Part shown: piece after piece, positions 1 to 11,844 of the stretch
Layout of the letters: the number at the start of each line of letters is the position of its first letter
Position numbering within the stretch: the stretch's first letter is position 1
Source of the DNA: Leucoraja erinacea
Taxonomy: Eukaryota
DNA: 64,000 nucleotides
Assembly (NCBI RefSeq): GCF_028641065.1
Contig: NC_073403.1
Location: forward strand, 13,020,001-13,084,000
Direction: 5' to 3'
The notes under the pieces: model-generated
Seen by the model: only the letters and a program-made list of their open reading frames with translations
The model's database searches: none
What the model was told of the DNA's origin: nothing
Made by a program: the position numbers and the translations under genes

Positions 1-420
1 TTGCCAACCTTCTTTGATGACTTTGTGTCTTGCTCACAAACTTGAGGGAGGACAATGATGATTTATTTTTATTGGGTGGCAACTCACTTCCCTCACTCCT
101 GTACCTCATGCACAGTGAAAATAAAAATGACAAGAGATGCAAAGACCAGCTCATTGTATGCTGTCCCCTAATCCATGGGACAGATCCATTCATGGCATGA
201 ACCTTACGGTCAGTACCTCACTTTAGCAGAGAGCATGCTGTCATTTCCATGTCCATTTAGATAAACAGGAGCTGATCAGCCCAGGGTAACGGTCACTTCT
301 TTATTGATGCGACTATTGAAAGGGGTGAAGCGTTCAGAACAAATCCCACCCTGCTGTATGGAAAAGCCCCAAGGGACCCACAGTTACAAGTCCTTTCTGT
401 TGCTTTGATATTTCACTCAC

Positions 421-523
421 CGGACTCCTCCTCCAGAAGGAAGGTTGAAACATCGGAAAGACACGACTCCTCTGCCAGCTGGATCTCCAATAAAAGCTCA
501 CAGTCAGGATGGATCATCACTGC
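421..523 (-). CDS. Coding exon 2 of the same class B1 GPCR (AVMIHPDCELLLEIQLAEESCLSDVSTFLLEEES+G), start of the hormone-binding ectodomain
   Basis: Acceptor ttgttcttcag|GCA and donor CCG|GTGAGT bound 103 open nt, phase 0 in and phase 1 out. IHPDC..LEIQ..EE.C resembles human VIPR2 (IHPECRFHLEIQEEETKC) and GHRHR (MHPECDFITQLREDESAC). The paralogue cannot be fixed from two exons. Confidence 0.85.
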
Positions 524-790
524 CTGAAGAACAAATTCAGGAGGTTTGCTGAAGTATGTGATTTATGCAAGGCTGAACCACTAACTTTATTGATGCTATT
601 ATTAAACAAAGTTGATCTCTCAATAACGAACACAATTGAATATGTTTCTAAGGTAGCACCTTTGGAATGTTTCAGAGATTGCCTCGCTGGCTCGATCAGT
701 GGAACAAACTAACAGAGTATCCATCCTCTAATAAGCTCTTACAGTCACAACATGTATGCAGCAAATCCAGTTCAACATCTCCTCAGTATT

Positions 791-1105
791 GTCAAAGTCA
801 AAGTCAAAGTATCCTTTACTGTCATTCAGACCTTTCAGTCTGAACGAAATTGTGAATCTTGCAGTCATAACATAGGACAAAACAACACACACGATGAACA
901 CAGTTTAACATCAGTCCACAGGCACCTCCTCACTGTGATGGAAGTCAAAAGTCTTAAAGTCCTTGTCTCTTCCCTCCTAGTTCTCCCTCTGCGTTGAGGC
1001 GATCCAGCTTTCGATGTAGGGACCCCGCCGGGTGTTGGTAAGTCCCGCGGCTGAATCAGAGCTCCGTGAACGGGCCGGTTCAAACTCCACGGCTCAGGGG
1101 TCGCC
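791..1105 (-). mobile_element. Short retroposon / LINE 3' fragment with CpG-rich body and (TTTGAC)n tail
   Basis: (gtcaaa)3 microsatellite next to an AATAAA-like signal on the minus strand, with a CpG-rich body. Architecture resembles 12680-12948 and 42772-43390. Confidence 0.5.
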
Positions 1106-1385
1106 ATGGTATACATTGTGTGGATTAGTGATGGTGCTAGTTTGCTGCAGCGAAGTTTGAAAGGCACCAGCCTGAGAGGACAATGCATTTGGAGGGAGAG
1201 GAGGGAGACTGGAGCAATTGTATTAAAGTGATACACATTGTCCAGGTCATCTGGGATGCAGGGTTCATCTAGGCTCCTGCAACCCATCTTTCACACCAAC
1301 ACCCAGGGTGCTAACCTGCCCATCTGCCAATAATGGTGTCAATCCATGCCTCACTGGGCTGCACAACTGAAATATCATTTTGAGG

Positions 1386-1479
1386 TTAGACACAAAATGC
1401 TGGAGTAACTCAGCGGGAAAGGCAGCATCTCTGGAGAGAAGGAATGGGTGACATTTCGAGTCGAGACCCTTCTTCAGAC
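1386..1479 (-). mobile_element. Penelope-like element (PLE) terminal-repeat fragment
   Basis: Matches the dispersed repeat agacacaaaatgctggagtaactcagc...gagacccttcttcagac that occurs many times in this window. Confidence 0.7.
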
Positions 1480-1483
1480 CTAT

Positions 1484-2050
1484 GCCAAGTTCCTGGATGT
1501 AAATATCACTAACAATTCATCCTGGTCCAACCACATTGATGCCGTGGCCAAGAATGCACATCATCAACACCTCTACTTCCTCAGAAAGCTATGGCAACTC
1601 GGCCTGACTCCATTTGCATTCCTATCTGAATACATCAGATTGGCAACAGCTCTGCCCAAGACTGCAAGAAATTGAATAGAGTAGCTGAGTCCATCACACA
1701 AACCAAACTCCCCCCTAATCTATATTTTTTATGTTGCCACGAGAAACCAGCCATAATCGAGGACCAGTCACACCACAATCATTCGTTCATCTTCCCTCTC
1801 CCGTTGAGAAGATATGAAAGCAGCACTAGCTTCAAGAACAGCTTATTTTCTGCTGTTATCAGACTCTCTCTCTCTCGCATGCTAAGGATGTATTCCTGAT
1901 CTACCCCATTTACCTCGTAGCAATTCTTTCTTGCACTTTTTAAAATCAGCTTTTTATCTGTAGTATTAACATTACGTTCTGCACTGTGTATTTTCCAATT
2001 TGCACTACCTGATATACTTATGTATGGTATGTTTTGCCTGGATAGTGTGC
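1484..2050 (+). mobile_element. Decayed Rex1/Babar-like LINE 3' part
   Basis: KFLDVNITNNSSWSNHIDAVAKNAH..LYFLRKL and SFKNSLFSAVIRL are C-terminal RT-region motifs, broken by frameshifts. Confidence 0.7.
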
Positions 2051-2059
2051 AGGTGAGGT

Positions 2060-3010
2060 TAGATTAGAAAAAAAAGTATCAAATATTTAAGGAAGGAAGG
2101 GGAAGATAACTGACAAACTAGCTGAAGTTAGAGAACGTAAACTTGTAGCAGACAGAACATTTGCATGTTTTTTTTTTAAAAAACAAGGAGGGACAGGTTA
2201 GCAGAAGGACTATTAGGTATTTGTAACACATGGCATAGCTTTTATACTAACTGATGTGAGTTTTACATTTTTAAAGAAGTGAGAACGTCTAGGGAACAAT
2301 AGACTCATTAGTTCCACACGAGTGGGAGGAAAGATAATGGAAGCCATAATCAAAGATAGAACAGAAAAATTCTCCAGAAACTGTGGGGGATAAAGAATCA
2401 TTAGCAAAGGACGAAGAAACATCAAAACTTCCATAAACGTATTGAATTCTTTGAAGGAATGACAATAAAGGATAGAAAAGGCCAACATGCAAAATGTAAC
2501 GAATCGGGATTTTCTAAAGGCCTTTGTTAAAGTATTGTACAGGCAGGGGATGGAAAGAGGAACTCCATGGAACTGGACACAAGTACAAGGATGGAATTTA
2601 TCAATTATAAAACAGGAAGAGGTGTTTAAAATTATTTATTTGGGCTGGTAAAAGGTGAAATGTATTCAATAAGTGATTTGGAATCACACAAACAATTCAA
2701 CCACAAAACAGAAAAAAAATTGTAATATGTACAGATGTTAATAAACCTGCAGAACGGAAATGGCAGAGGCAGTGGGGCCTAACACGCTTTCTAAATCATC
2801 TAAATGGAGCAAAGGGTTGATGGATAAGTACATCAGGTAGTGCAAATTGGAAAATACACAGTGCAGAACGTAATGTTAATACTACAGATAAAAAGCAGAT
2901 TTTAAAAAGTGCAAGAAAGAATTACAAATAAAAAGGCTATAAAAATGCAAATGGAGTTCATCTCTATGGAATTAGAAACAAGTAGAGTTCTCTTAAACTT
3001 GTGGTACTTG
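2060..3010 (+). mobile_element. Very old CR1 ORF2 remnant, continuing at ~4304-4700 beyond the hAT insertion
   Basis: Degenerate DF.KAFxKV-type and LVRPHLEY-type coding traces; the latter is split by the hAT element. Confidence 0.45.
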
Positions 3011-3121
3011 GGTTAGACCAGGGTTGGGGAACCTTTTCATGTTGGAATGCCGCATTAAGTTAGCTGTAACCTAATATGGCCGCATCCAAGAAACTTCAAT
3101 TGGATATACTTCAAAATGTAT

Positions 3122-3644
3122 CCTTTTGGAGTATTGCGTGAAGTTGTTCTGTTACGTTGAGGGCTAATTCATGCTGCCAATCAGTTATAGTTCTCATTGA
3201 AAGAGGCAGTTGTTTGTACTTTGAAACCTTATCGGGGTCTACGCATCCTACAACTTCGACAATGCATTATTTTATGATTACTACATCGCTAAATGGCCTC
3301 CCTCCTCCCCCCCCCAGCATATAAGCTACTTCGGTAGCATTATATACGGGTTTTACCGCTGCTTGAAATAACTGCCTTTGCCTTTGCTTTTCATCTTTTC
3401 ATTTCTGCAATGCAACCTTTCGCGCCTCTCTCAAATTTGAAATATTTGTGGTCCTTATGAGTGGCATAATGCTGATGAGCGGCATAATGCTGATGAGCAT
3501 TGAATTTCTTCAATGTTGATATTGCAGTATCACAAAGCGAGCAAATCATCTTATCTTTAGCAGAAACAAGATAATATTGCAGTTCCCAATCCTAATTAAA
3601 AACTATTTTTCTTCCATCAGCATTCTCTTCGTTTTCTTTGACAT
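3122..3644 (-). pseudogene. Decayed N-terminus of a hAT transposase (BED-type zinc finger, GTF2IRD2/SPIN-like)
   Basis: Hand translation across stops and frameshifts gives MSKKTKR..DWELQYYLVSAKDKMICSLCDTAISTLKKFNAHQHYATH..RPFSD..CIVEVV..KYKQLPLSMRTITDWQHELALNVTEQL. An 18-nt tandem duplication lies at 3463-3498. Confidence 0.75.
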
Positions 3645-3904
3645 GGGCTGTTAAGCAGACAGAATTTAAAAAAATCAAACAAATACGCTGTTTAACTATT
3701 CTCAAATTCAACTTCAAACTGAAAACCATGTGCACTTCTATCAAAAGTTCATAAGGCTGAAGACTGGACGGCCAGCGGACTATTCCCGACATTTTCCCTC
3801 TCATCAACCAGCCTCAGGTGATGGTGGCGCCAGTCAGGCAGGGAGGTTAACGTACCTTCTGGAGTCGCATTAGAACTAAATCATGAGCATAACAGGTGTT
3901 AATG

Positions 3905-4056
3905 CTGGCCCTCGTGGCTAAAGGTATCAGGGGGTATGGAGAGAAGGCAGGTACAGGATACTGAGTTGGATGATCAGCCATGATCATCTCGAATGGCGGT
4001 GCAGGCTCGAAGGGCCGAATGGCCTACTCCTGCACCTATTTTCTACGTTTCTATGT
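3905..4056 (+). mobile_element. CR1 LINE 3' tail nested in the hAT element
   Basis: ggtatcagggggtatggagagaaggcagg...cctgcacctattttctacgtttctatg, the same tail as the copies at 58.4 kb, 26.3 kb and 46.3 kb. Confidence 0.9.
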
Positions 4057-6599
4057 TAAAATAGCCCTCATGACTTACTAATGTTTTAATTGTGGCTGTC
4101 AGTCAGGGAGGATTATTTTGTTGAATCTTCTTTTACTCTCTGGTATTTTAAACGTTCATTTTAAGATTAAAATAAAAATAATAAAAGATGAACAAAAACA
4201 TATTAATAAAAATAAAAGTATTTGTTCTACAAAATTTGGATTCATTCAAGAGGCCGCAGTTAATGGCCTAGAAGGCCGCAGGTTCCCGACCCCTGGGTTA
4301 GACACTATTTAGAACACCATACACGGTTCTAATCTTCTACATCTGTAATAAAGGTAGAAGCACTGGAGACTGTGCAGAATTGAAACCTGCTAAAGATGAT
4401 GAAAGGTTATAATCACCAGGCAGGACTGGTGACAATTTCCTCCGGAAAAGAGGCGGCTAAGTGAAGATTAAACAAAATTAATTAAATTATGGGTTGTATT
4501 GGATTTGTAGGACAACAAAGGAAAAATATTTTCTTACGCGAGAATCTAAAACTAGCGGCAAAAGTATAAGATAGCAATACATTCGACAAGGAATTCTTCA
4601 TGCAAAAAGAGGTATGGTTATTAAAAGGGAGGGAAGCACAGATGCACAGAGGGGTAGATGGAGACGGCAATGATGTACGTGGGAGGAAGCTCACTTTAAA
4701 TGACCACCACTAAAACAATCCACCTTCCAGAGCCACAGGTGCATCTCACTCCAAATTTCCCCCTTTGAAGCCAATGTTGAACTCTATCTACCTTCCTTTC
4801 CATGACCTGATCCCTCTAGCACACCGAGGTATTTTGTGAAAGCAGGTGCGTTTATGTCTACTTAATGGAAAAACACGATTGCCTCTTGCCTTGCAATTCA
4901 CAACTCGCTCCTGGATCATTGAGCAGGCTTTGTTCCTGTGTTAAATTTATTTTACATATTAAATTTAATGCACATTATTTTATTGAATGCAAATTCCATG
5001 TGTGGATTTGTAATTTCAGTAACAGGTACCTGCTTGCAGAATATGTGGAGGTAAGGTTGGCACTCTCTGTTTACAAGTACAGGGGCACCGTGTTTCCATG
5101 GTGTCTGCAATAATGCAGATTTTGTTATTCAAGTTGGATAAGACTCAGCAGAATAGGTAATCAGCAGGGAATGTGCTACGTATTTTTCTGAACTATGAAG
5201 TTGGAGTTTGCACTGAAGCCGTTTGTCCATCCTGGCTCTGGTGCCCTGACTGAGTAGATTACCTGATCTGCAATTTACAAGCACAGGGTCCAAAGTCCTG
5301 ACACAGGGTCTTGACCTGAAAAGTCTACCATTTCTTTTCATCCCCTCAGATGTTGTTGGACCCATTAAGTTCCTCTAGTAAATGTTTTTGCTTGGTGCAG
5401 AGCCAAAATATATTGAGATATCAAAGGAGAAGCCATGGCAAGTAACATTCAAATCCCACTATTACCACTGGAATGGAGTGTCCTCATTGTTCTCATCAGT
5501 ATTCTCGTTATCTACAGCCTGGTTGCACCAGCTTTAACTATCAAATACCACAATATCATGAGAATATCCTAGTTAATAATAAATTATAATGCAAGATAAT
5601 GTAAGAGGAATTTGACTTTCTTTGGATTATGAAGCTTTGTAATTCTGTGCTGTAGAAGAGCTGGGTAATCAGGAAGTTAGAGGCCTGCATTCAAGCTGCT
5701 TCTTGTTATATGCCCAAGTAAAATACCATTGACAACAGTAGGAGCAGATGTATTTCCTTTGTAGTTGCTAATCTGTAAACAGGAACGTCTGTGGGTAGCT
5801 GACATTAATGTGAGCAGCAGTTTGTGATTGATAGAACCACAAGATGACAAGTGCATCAGTGATATACTCTGTGATTGATGTGTTAGACGTCATTACTGCA
5901 ACTCTGTATAAACATACAATTACGTTTCCAAAATAATATAAAAATATGTCGTATGACTTTGCTCATTAGAGTGGTATCTTGGGAGAACCAGAAGTATCAC
6001 TGGATACTTCTGGATTGTAACATTTCCAGCCACTCCCGTCTGACGCAAAAGTAAAGTTTGTTGGCTTACCTAACCTATTGTGAGTTGTCAGGTTTAAGAA
6101 ATGAACCTTAACAATCAGAGAGAAAAAGGTAGGAGCAAGCTTTGGGGATGGGAGAATAGAACCTTGTTATGATGCGAGAGATTTTCACTACTCTGGAAAA
6201 CCAGGGTTTGGCACATTCGTTCACTAGTCTTGCACTGCATGTTGTTCGCAGAATGCTCACCTTCCACCAGGAAACGAACATTGGATGAGTTAGGTAATGG
6301 AGTCAAAGTACTCATTCAATGGAGTCAGTTAAATATATAAACACCAGAAAGTTGATGGCTCTCTCCTGGTTTGGAAGTCTGATGCCACTTCCAAGGCAGG
6401 AAAATGGGGTTGAGAGGGAAAGATAGATCAGCCATTAATGAATGGTGGAGTGGATTTGACGAGCCAAATGGCCTAATTTTGTTCTCACCAGTTATGAACA
6501 AATAAACACAAGGCTGGCAAGACATGGCTGGAATAAGGGAAGTCTCATGGCCTTGCATTTTGTTTCATGGGAGCTTCTCCTGTTGGATACTCCCCAACA

Positions 6600-6772
6600 T
6601 CCAGGTTCTTCGATCAACTTGATCCCCCCCCTCCCCCCACATAAGTCTGAAGAAGTGTCTCGACCCAAAATGTCACCTATTCCTTCACTCCATAGATGCT
6701 GCCTCACCCGCTGAGTTTCCCCAGCAATTTGTCGACCTTTGATTTTTCTGGCATCTGCAGTTCTTTCTTAAA
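6600..6772 (+). mobile_element. PLE terminal-repeat fragment
   Basis: gtctgaagaagtgtctcgacccaaaatgtcacc...catctgcagttctttcttaaac. Confidence 0.7.
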
Positions 6773-8179
6773 CCTTTCACTATAGAGCCATCTCAAAAGG
6801 CAAATTGGCTGCTGCAGACAGAAAAAATCAATTATTTTTTATTGGATGCCTCATTTACTGATCCCATTCACTTTAACAATTTAGATAAGAAACGTTTTTA
6901 TATGCCTAAAATTGTGCATAATTTGAAGCTATTAGACTCTGGCAAAATAGAAACTGTGCAGTCAACTGTAACAATATGTTCTTCTAAGATGCCAGACTAC
7001 TGAGAGTTATATTTTTCTGGCTTATTTTTGAAAAATGCTCTGTAAATATCTTCCTTTGTCTGTTTGTGTGATTCTGGAGGCAACAAGGCAAGTGCAATTT
7101 CCTTCACACAAAAACTGCAAACTTTTGCTGGAAATGGAAGTGAGTAATGTGAAGCTCAGTTTCTGTTCGTGTTTAATTTATTTCTCGTCATTTTCAATTT
7201 GTACAAATATAATCCATTTAATAATTCCCAGCATCAACATAGCCAACTGGTTTGTTCTTGTCTTTTGTGACGTTTCTTAGCACTTTTTGTCATTTTTAGA
7301 ATCAATGTGCAGTTAACTAGATTTTATTTGCAGAGAGGTGTTTAGTTTAAAAATTTATTTCATTTTCACCTGTAGTTTTTCAGCAAATTTGCAAAAGTCA
7401 AACACATTATATGTGTTTTGAAGTGACTGCTTTTTCCAATTCACCCTACCATGCAAATCATTACCTCATCTTATTTTGTGGATGCAATAATGACTTCAAC
7501 ATCAATTACCTACGGACAGAAATTGGCATCAAAAGATTGCAACCGACAACTTCCACGATTAACTTTTAATAAAGCAAATACGTCACACTGGAAGTGGCTA
7601 ATCCTGAATGATTTATAGTGTTCGCCTGGGGACCTTCGTTGTATACTTTATCAATCCCACCAGTCATTCTCATGTATTAAAAATCTTCCTACGCCACACT
7701 ATTATTAGTTCACATATGCCCCAGTCTGAGGTCCTGATGTTCCTGCTGCATGTAACGGTTTGGGACACAAGGTGCTAAAAGTGGGACGAGAAAGAGGTCC
7801 ATCTCAGGCCTGCCAGAGCAGAACATGGTGGGAAAAGCTCTTACTGATCAATGAACATCGGTGACTCAAATGGCAAGATCGATGATGCTACCCCACCCCT
7901 ACCTGTAGCTGTTGTGCTGATTATATGTAAAACAACAGCAAGTGCCATTAAGTTTAGGGTTCCTTTTTGATACCAAAACCTGGACCAAATTTCATGACCA
8001 ACTAATGATTTAAGGAGGTAGAAAAGGAGGCCAACTTCAGGAATGAGATACCTCCAAGGCAGCACATTTGACAGTGGAGGACTGGGTTGCAAAGCCACAT
8101 CTGTGAAGCAAGGGTGCATTTAACCGTAATTACTTGGAAATGAAGAGTCTTTTGGCAGCTGTAGCGGAGCAGCCTTGCG

Positions 8180-8495
8180 GAGGTGTGGACATGAGATTCT
8201 GCGGCGGCAGGCGAGACTCGAGGATGGTCTGTTGCCTCCCTGGTGTCAGGGTTCAAGATGTCTTGAACTGACTTCAGAACATTCTCGAGAGGGCAGGTGA
8301 GCAACCGGAAGTGGTTGTGCATGTGGGCACAAACGACGTTGGGTAGAAGAGGAAGGTTGTTCTGCAATGTGACTTTAAAGAGTTAGGAAGAAGATTGAAA
8401 AGCAGGACTTCTAGGGTGGTTATCTCTGGATTGCTTCCTGTGCCTCATGCTGGTGAGGGCAGGGACAGGGAGATAGGGGATCTGAATGTGTGGCT

Positions 8496-8526
<31 letters not shown>

Positions 8527-9655
8527 GCGGGGAGTTAGATTGATAGACCACTGGGATCTCTTCTGGTGTAGGGGTGACATGGACAAAAGAGACGGGTTAC
8601 ACCTTAACAGAGGGGGACCAACATTCTGGCATGCAGGTTTGCTAGTGATACACGTGTGGGTTTAAACTAAATAGCGGGGGGAGGGGTTGACAAATTGGGA
8701 GTATATAGGTGGAGTTAAAGGGGAAGCGAGTACAGGATAAGGTGCAAAAGACTCCCAAATTAATGGGAAGGAAAGTTCGAGAAGGAATAAGGGAGTAAGG
8801 TCAGGGGCAATGACCAGTGTGAGAGGGGAGGTGAATATCAAAGTGATGGATGTTTATGTTAAATCTATCGTGTATTGTGTTCTTTTTACTTGTATGGCTG
8901 TATAGTAACTCAAATATTATTGTACCTTAATTGGTGCATGTGACAATAAATGTGAACTTGAACTTGAACAGACCATAATGGGAGTTGTCTACAGGCCCCC
9001 CAAATAGTAATCTGGATATAGGGTGCAAGTTGAATCAACAGTTAAAATTGGCATGTAGCAAAGGGAATGCTACAGTGGTTATGGGAGATTTTAATATGCA
9101 GGTAGACTGGGAAAATCAGGTTGGTATTGGACCCCAAGAAAGGGAGTTTGTGGAGTGCCTCTGAGATGGATTCTTAGAGCAGCTTGTAATGGAGCCGACC
9201 AGGGAGAAGGCAATTCTGGATTTAGTGATGTGTAATGAACTGGATTTGACAAGGGAACTCAAGGTAAAGGAGCCATGAGGAGATAGTGACCATAATATGA
9301 TGTTTTAATCTACAATTTGAAAAGGTGAAGGGAAAATCGTAAGTGTCAGTATTACAGTTGAGCAAAGGGGACTATGGAGGCATGAGGGAAGAGCTGGCCA
9401 AAGTTGACTGGAAAGAGACCCTAGCAGGGATGACAGTGAAACAACAATGGCAGGTATTTCTGGGAACAAAAACATAAGGTGCAGGATCAGGTCATTCCAA
9501 AGAGGAAAATAAATTCTAAGGGGAGTAAGAGGTGGCCGTGGCTGACAAGGGAAGTCAAGGACAGTATAAAAATAGAGAAGATGTATTACATAACAAAGAA
9601 CGGAAAGCCAAAGGATTGGGAAACTTTTAAAGAGCACAGAAGATAACTAAAACGG
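8180..9655 (+). mobile_element. CR1 LINE 5' part: ORF1 SGNH/GDSL esterase-like domain plus start of ORF2 (APE endonuclease), decayed
   Basis: Translates to RMVCCLPG.RVQDV..EQPEVVVHVGTNDVG..SRVVISGLLPVP..DGLHLN.EGTNIL, then GVVYRPP, VVMGDFN, AILDLV and DSDHNM. It is interrupted by a 30-nt G run (8496-8525) and a foreign LINE tail ending (acttga)n at ~8845-8969. Confidence 0.85.
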
Positions 9656-10076
9656 TTGCTGTGGCTGCTGCCGCGATCTTGTTGAAGATGGCAGAAACTG
9701 CAGAGAATGTAGTCATTGAATGTACAGGCCAGGGAGTGGAAGGTGTGGACAAGGAGAACCTTAACCTGGGAAAAATGTGCAAAAATAGAGCAGGAATAGC
9801 TACCATCTCCCAACACTCAAGAACGTTTTCAATGTGAGAAAAAAGTAAATTGGGATTTCTAAAAGTGAGAATATCGCCACTTTGAGGTTTCTCAGCAGAT
9901 CCTTGACTTGGTGTTATAGCAGAATGTGGTACCTACTTAGTGCACCGAAAATGGGCAAAATCCAATTTCCACACTGCAGGGCACTGCCGAAGACACAAGT
10001 ATACAACAGAGAGGGATATTTAATGTACCTCACAATATTCTTGGGCTAGTCCAAAACCAATCTCCCAAAGATGCTA

Positions 10077-10644
10077 GGTGGACTTGGCACTTTCCCTTGC
10101 AACCGCATGAGATGCAACACTTTCCCTTTTCCCCCCTCGATGAAAGCCAAGCAATCGTGCCAGGTGCGACAGGTTTACCTGCAGTCTTCCAAATCATCTA
10201 TTGCGTCCGCTGGTAGTGTCCAGATCTATATCTGGCAAATGTTGGGCGATTTGTGGAAACACCTCATCGTCCGACATTCAAAGCTGACCTCCCGGAAACT
10301 GAAAAAAAATCCCATCCGCCTCCACTTCTCTGCAATGGGTATGCAGAATGGCAACAGCGAGCAGTGCGGAAATTGGAGGAACATACCTCATATTCCGTAA
10401 TAAAGTCTGCAGAGGAACATCGAATGACCCAATTCTGTTAGTCAATGCTGTCTACTCCCCTTAATCAGTCCCCTGCACAAAACCCCCTCCAGCCTTCTGG
10501 CTACTCCTCCTTTTCCCTTTCTTGTCCCCACCCACCCCCACCCCCGATCAGTCTGAAGAAGGGTTTCGGCCCGATAGTTGCCTATTTCCTTCGCTCCATA
10601 GATGCTGCTGCACCCGCTGAGTTTCTCCAGCTTTTCTGTGTAAC
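10077..10644 (+). mobile_element. Penelope-like element 3' fragment (GIY-YIG endonuclease remnant plus terminal repeat)
   Basis: GTFPCNR.RCNT, KQS.QVRQ, IYCVR, RFVEH-like and RKLEE..LIFR traces, followed by the ctgaagaagggtttcggccc terminal repeat. A 15-bp direct repeat ctcccaaagatgcta lies at 10062-10076 and 10645-10659. Confidence 0.7.
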
Positions 10645-11194
10645 CTCCCAAAGATGCTACTTGGACTTGGCCATCTGTGTATGCCCAGCACTTTCCGTTT
10701 TATATGAAAGCCAATTCTGCATCCACAGATGGCAGTAAATTATTCTGGGTGTCCGAACACTGGCAAATGTTGCTGATTTGTGGAAACATTCATGTCAGAC
10801 ATTCAACTGTGCAGGAAACTGAAAAAAATGGATTACTTCTGGCAATTATGCAGAATTGCAAATGAAGTGCAAAATTTGAACGATATAAAAAGTAATAAAA
10901 TGCAGAGGAAATAAATGACCGTGGGAACAATGTTCCTACCAATAATAGTAGCACAAAATATATTTAACTACATCTAATATATACTAATCAATTTAAATTG
11001 AGTTCATAGCGATATTAAAATGGTTCATACATTAATAGTATTTGATTATGTTAACAATTCCATTGGAAATACTATTCAGAATAATTTTTACTCACAAAAA
11101 TGTGTCAATAAAATCAAATGGATTTATCACTTTCATTGTCTAGGTAATGCAGAATATGGAGAATCCATTAGCAAGGCAAAACATTGTATATGTA

Positions 11195-11419
11195 GTGTTT
11201 AAGAAGGAACTGCAGATGCCGGAAAATCGAAGGAACACAAAAAAGCTGGAGAAACTCAGTGGGTGCAGCAGCATCTATGGAGCGAAGGAAATAGGCAACG
11301 TTTCGGGCCGAAACCCTTCTTCAGGCGGTCTGAAGAAGGGTTTCGGCCCGAAACGTTGCCTATTTCCTTTGCTCCATAGATGCTGCTGCACACGCTGAGT
11401 TTCTCCAGCTTTTTTGTGT
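11195..11419. mobile_element. Palindromic (inverted dimer) PLE terminal-repeat insertion
   Basis: About 90-bp inverted arms (11235-11324 / 11330-11419) with a 5-nt spacer, and a 14-bp TSD acattgtatatgta (11181-11194, 11420-11433). Confidence 0.85.
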
Positions 11420-11844
11420 ACATTGTATATGTACATGTGTATATAAAGTCCAGTCTGTGACAGCGGTTATATTTATTCAGTTTTTGTCTGAGGGTCTCCA
11501 ATAGCTCAACTCATGCAGTATTTTGTCATCTGAATTTTTAATGTTCAGCTGAAAAATACACAGCTATGAGTTCAGCACTTGTCTGAAGGGTCTCGACCCA
11601 AAAACGTCACCTATTCCTTTTTTCCAGAGATGCTGCCTGACCCACTGAGTTACTCCAGCTTTTTGTGCCTACTTGCAAATAATCAGCAGTTTCGGCCTTT
11701 CTATTCTACATTTCCTGTTTATTCCTTCTTTTCTATTTTTATATTCCCCTCTTTACAACTCCTCCAGACTTGACCACTTCCTATTCACCAATAACCCCAC
11801 CACCTTATTTCACCTCTTCACCTGCTGTGACCCTCCGTCCCATC

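Larger units (their letters stand above)
3019..4295 (-). mobile_element. Internally deleted hAT (Charlie/Buster/SPIN-like) DNA transposon with transposase remnant and nested CR1 tail
   Basis: Termini cagggttggggaacct ... aggttcccgacccctg and a perfect 8-bp TSD ggttagac (3011-3018, 4296-4303). Both ends are shared with the MITE at 44038-44409. Confidence 0.9.

Noticed and set aside
5988-6013. 11-bp hairpin ccagaagtatc-actg-gatacttctgg
   Set aside because: It is an isolated short inverted repeat with no supporting context.
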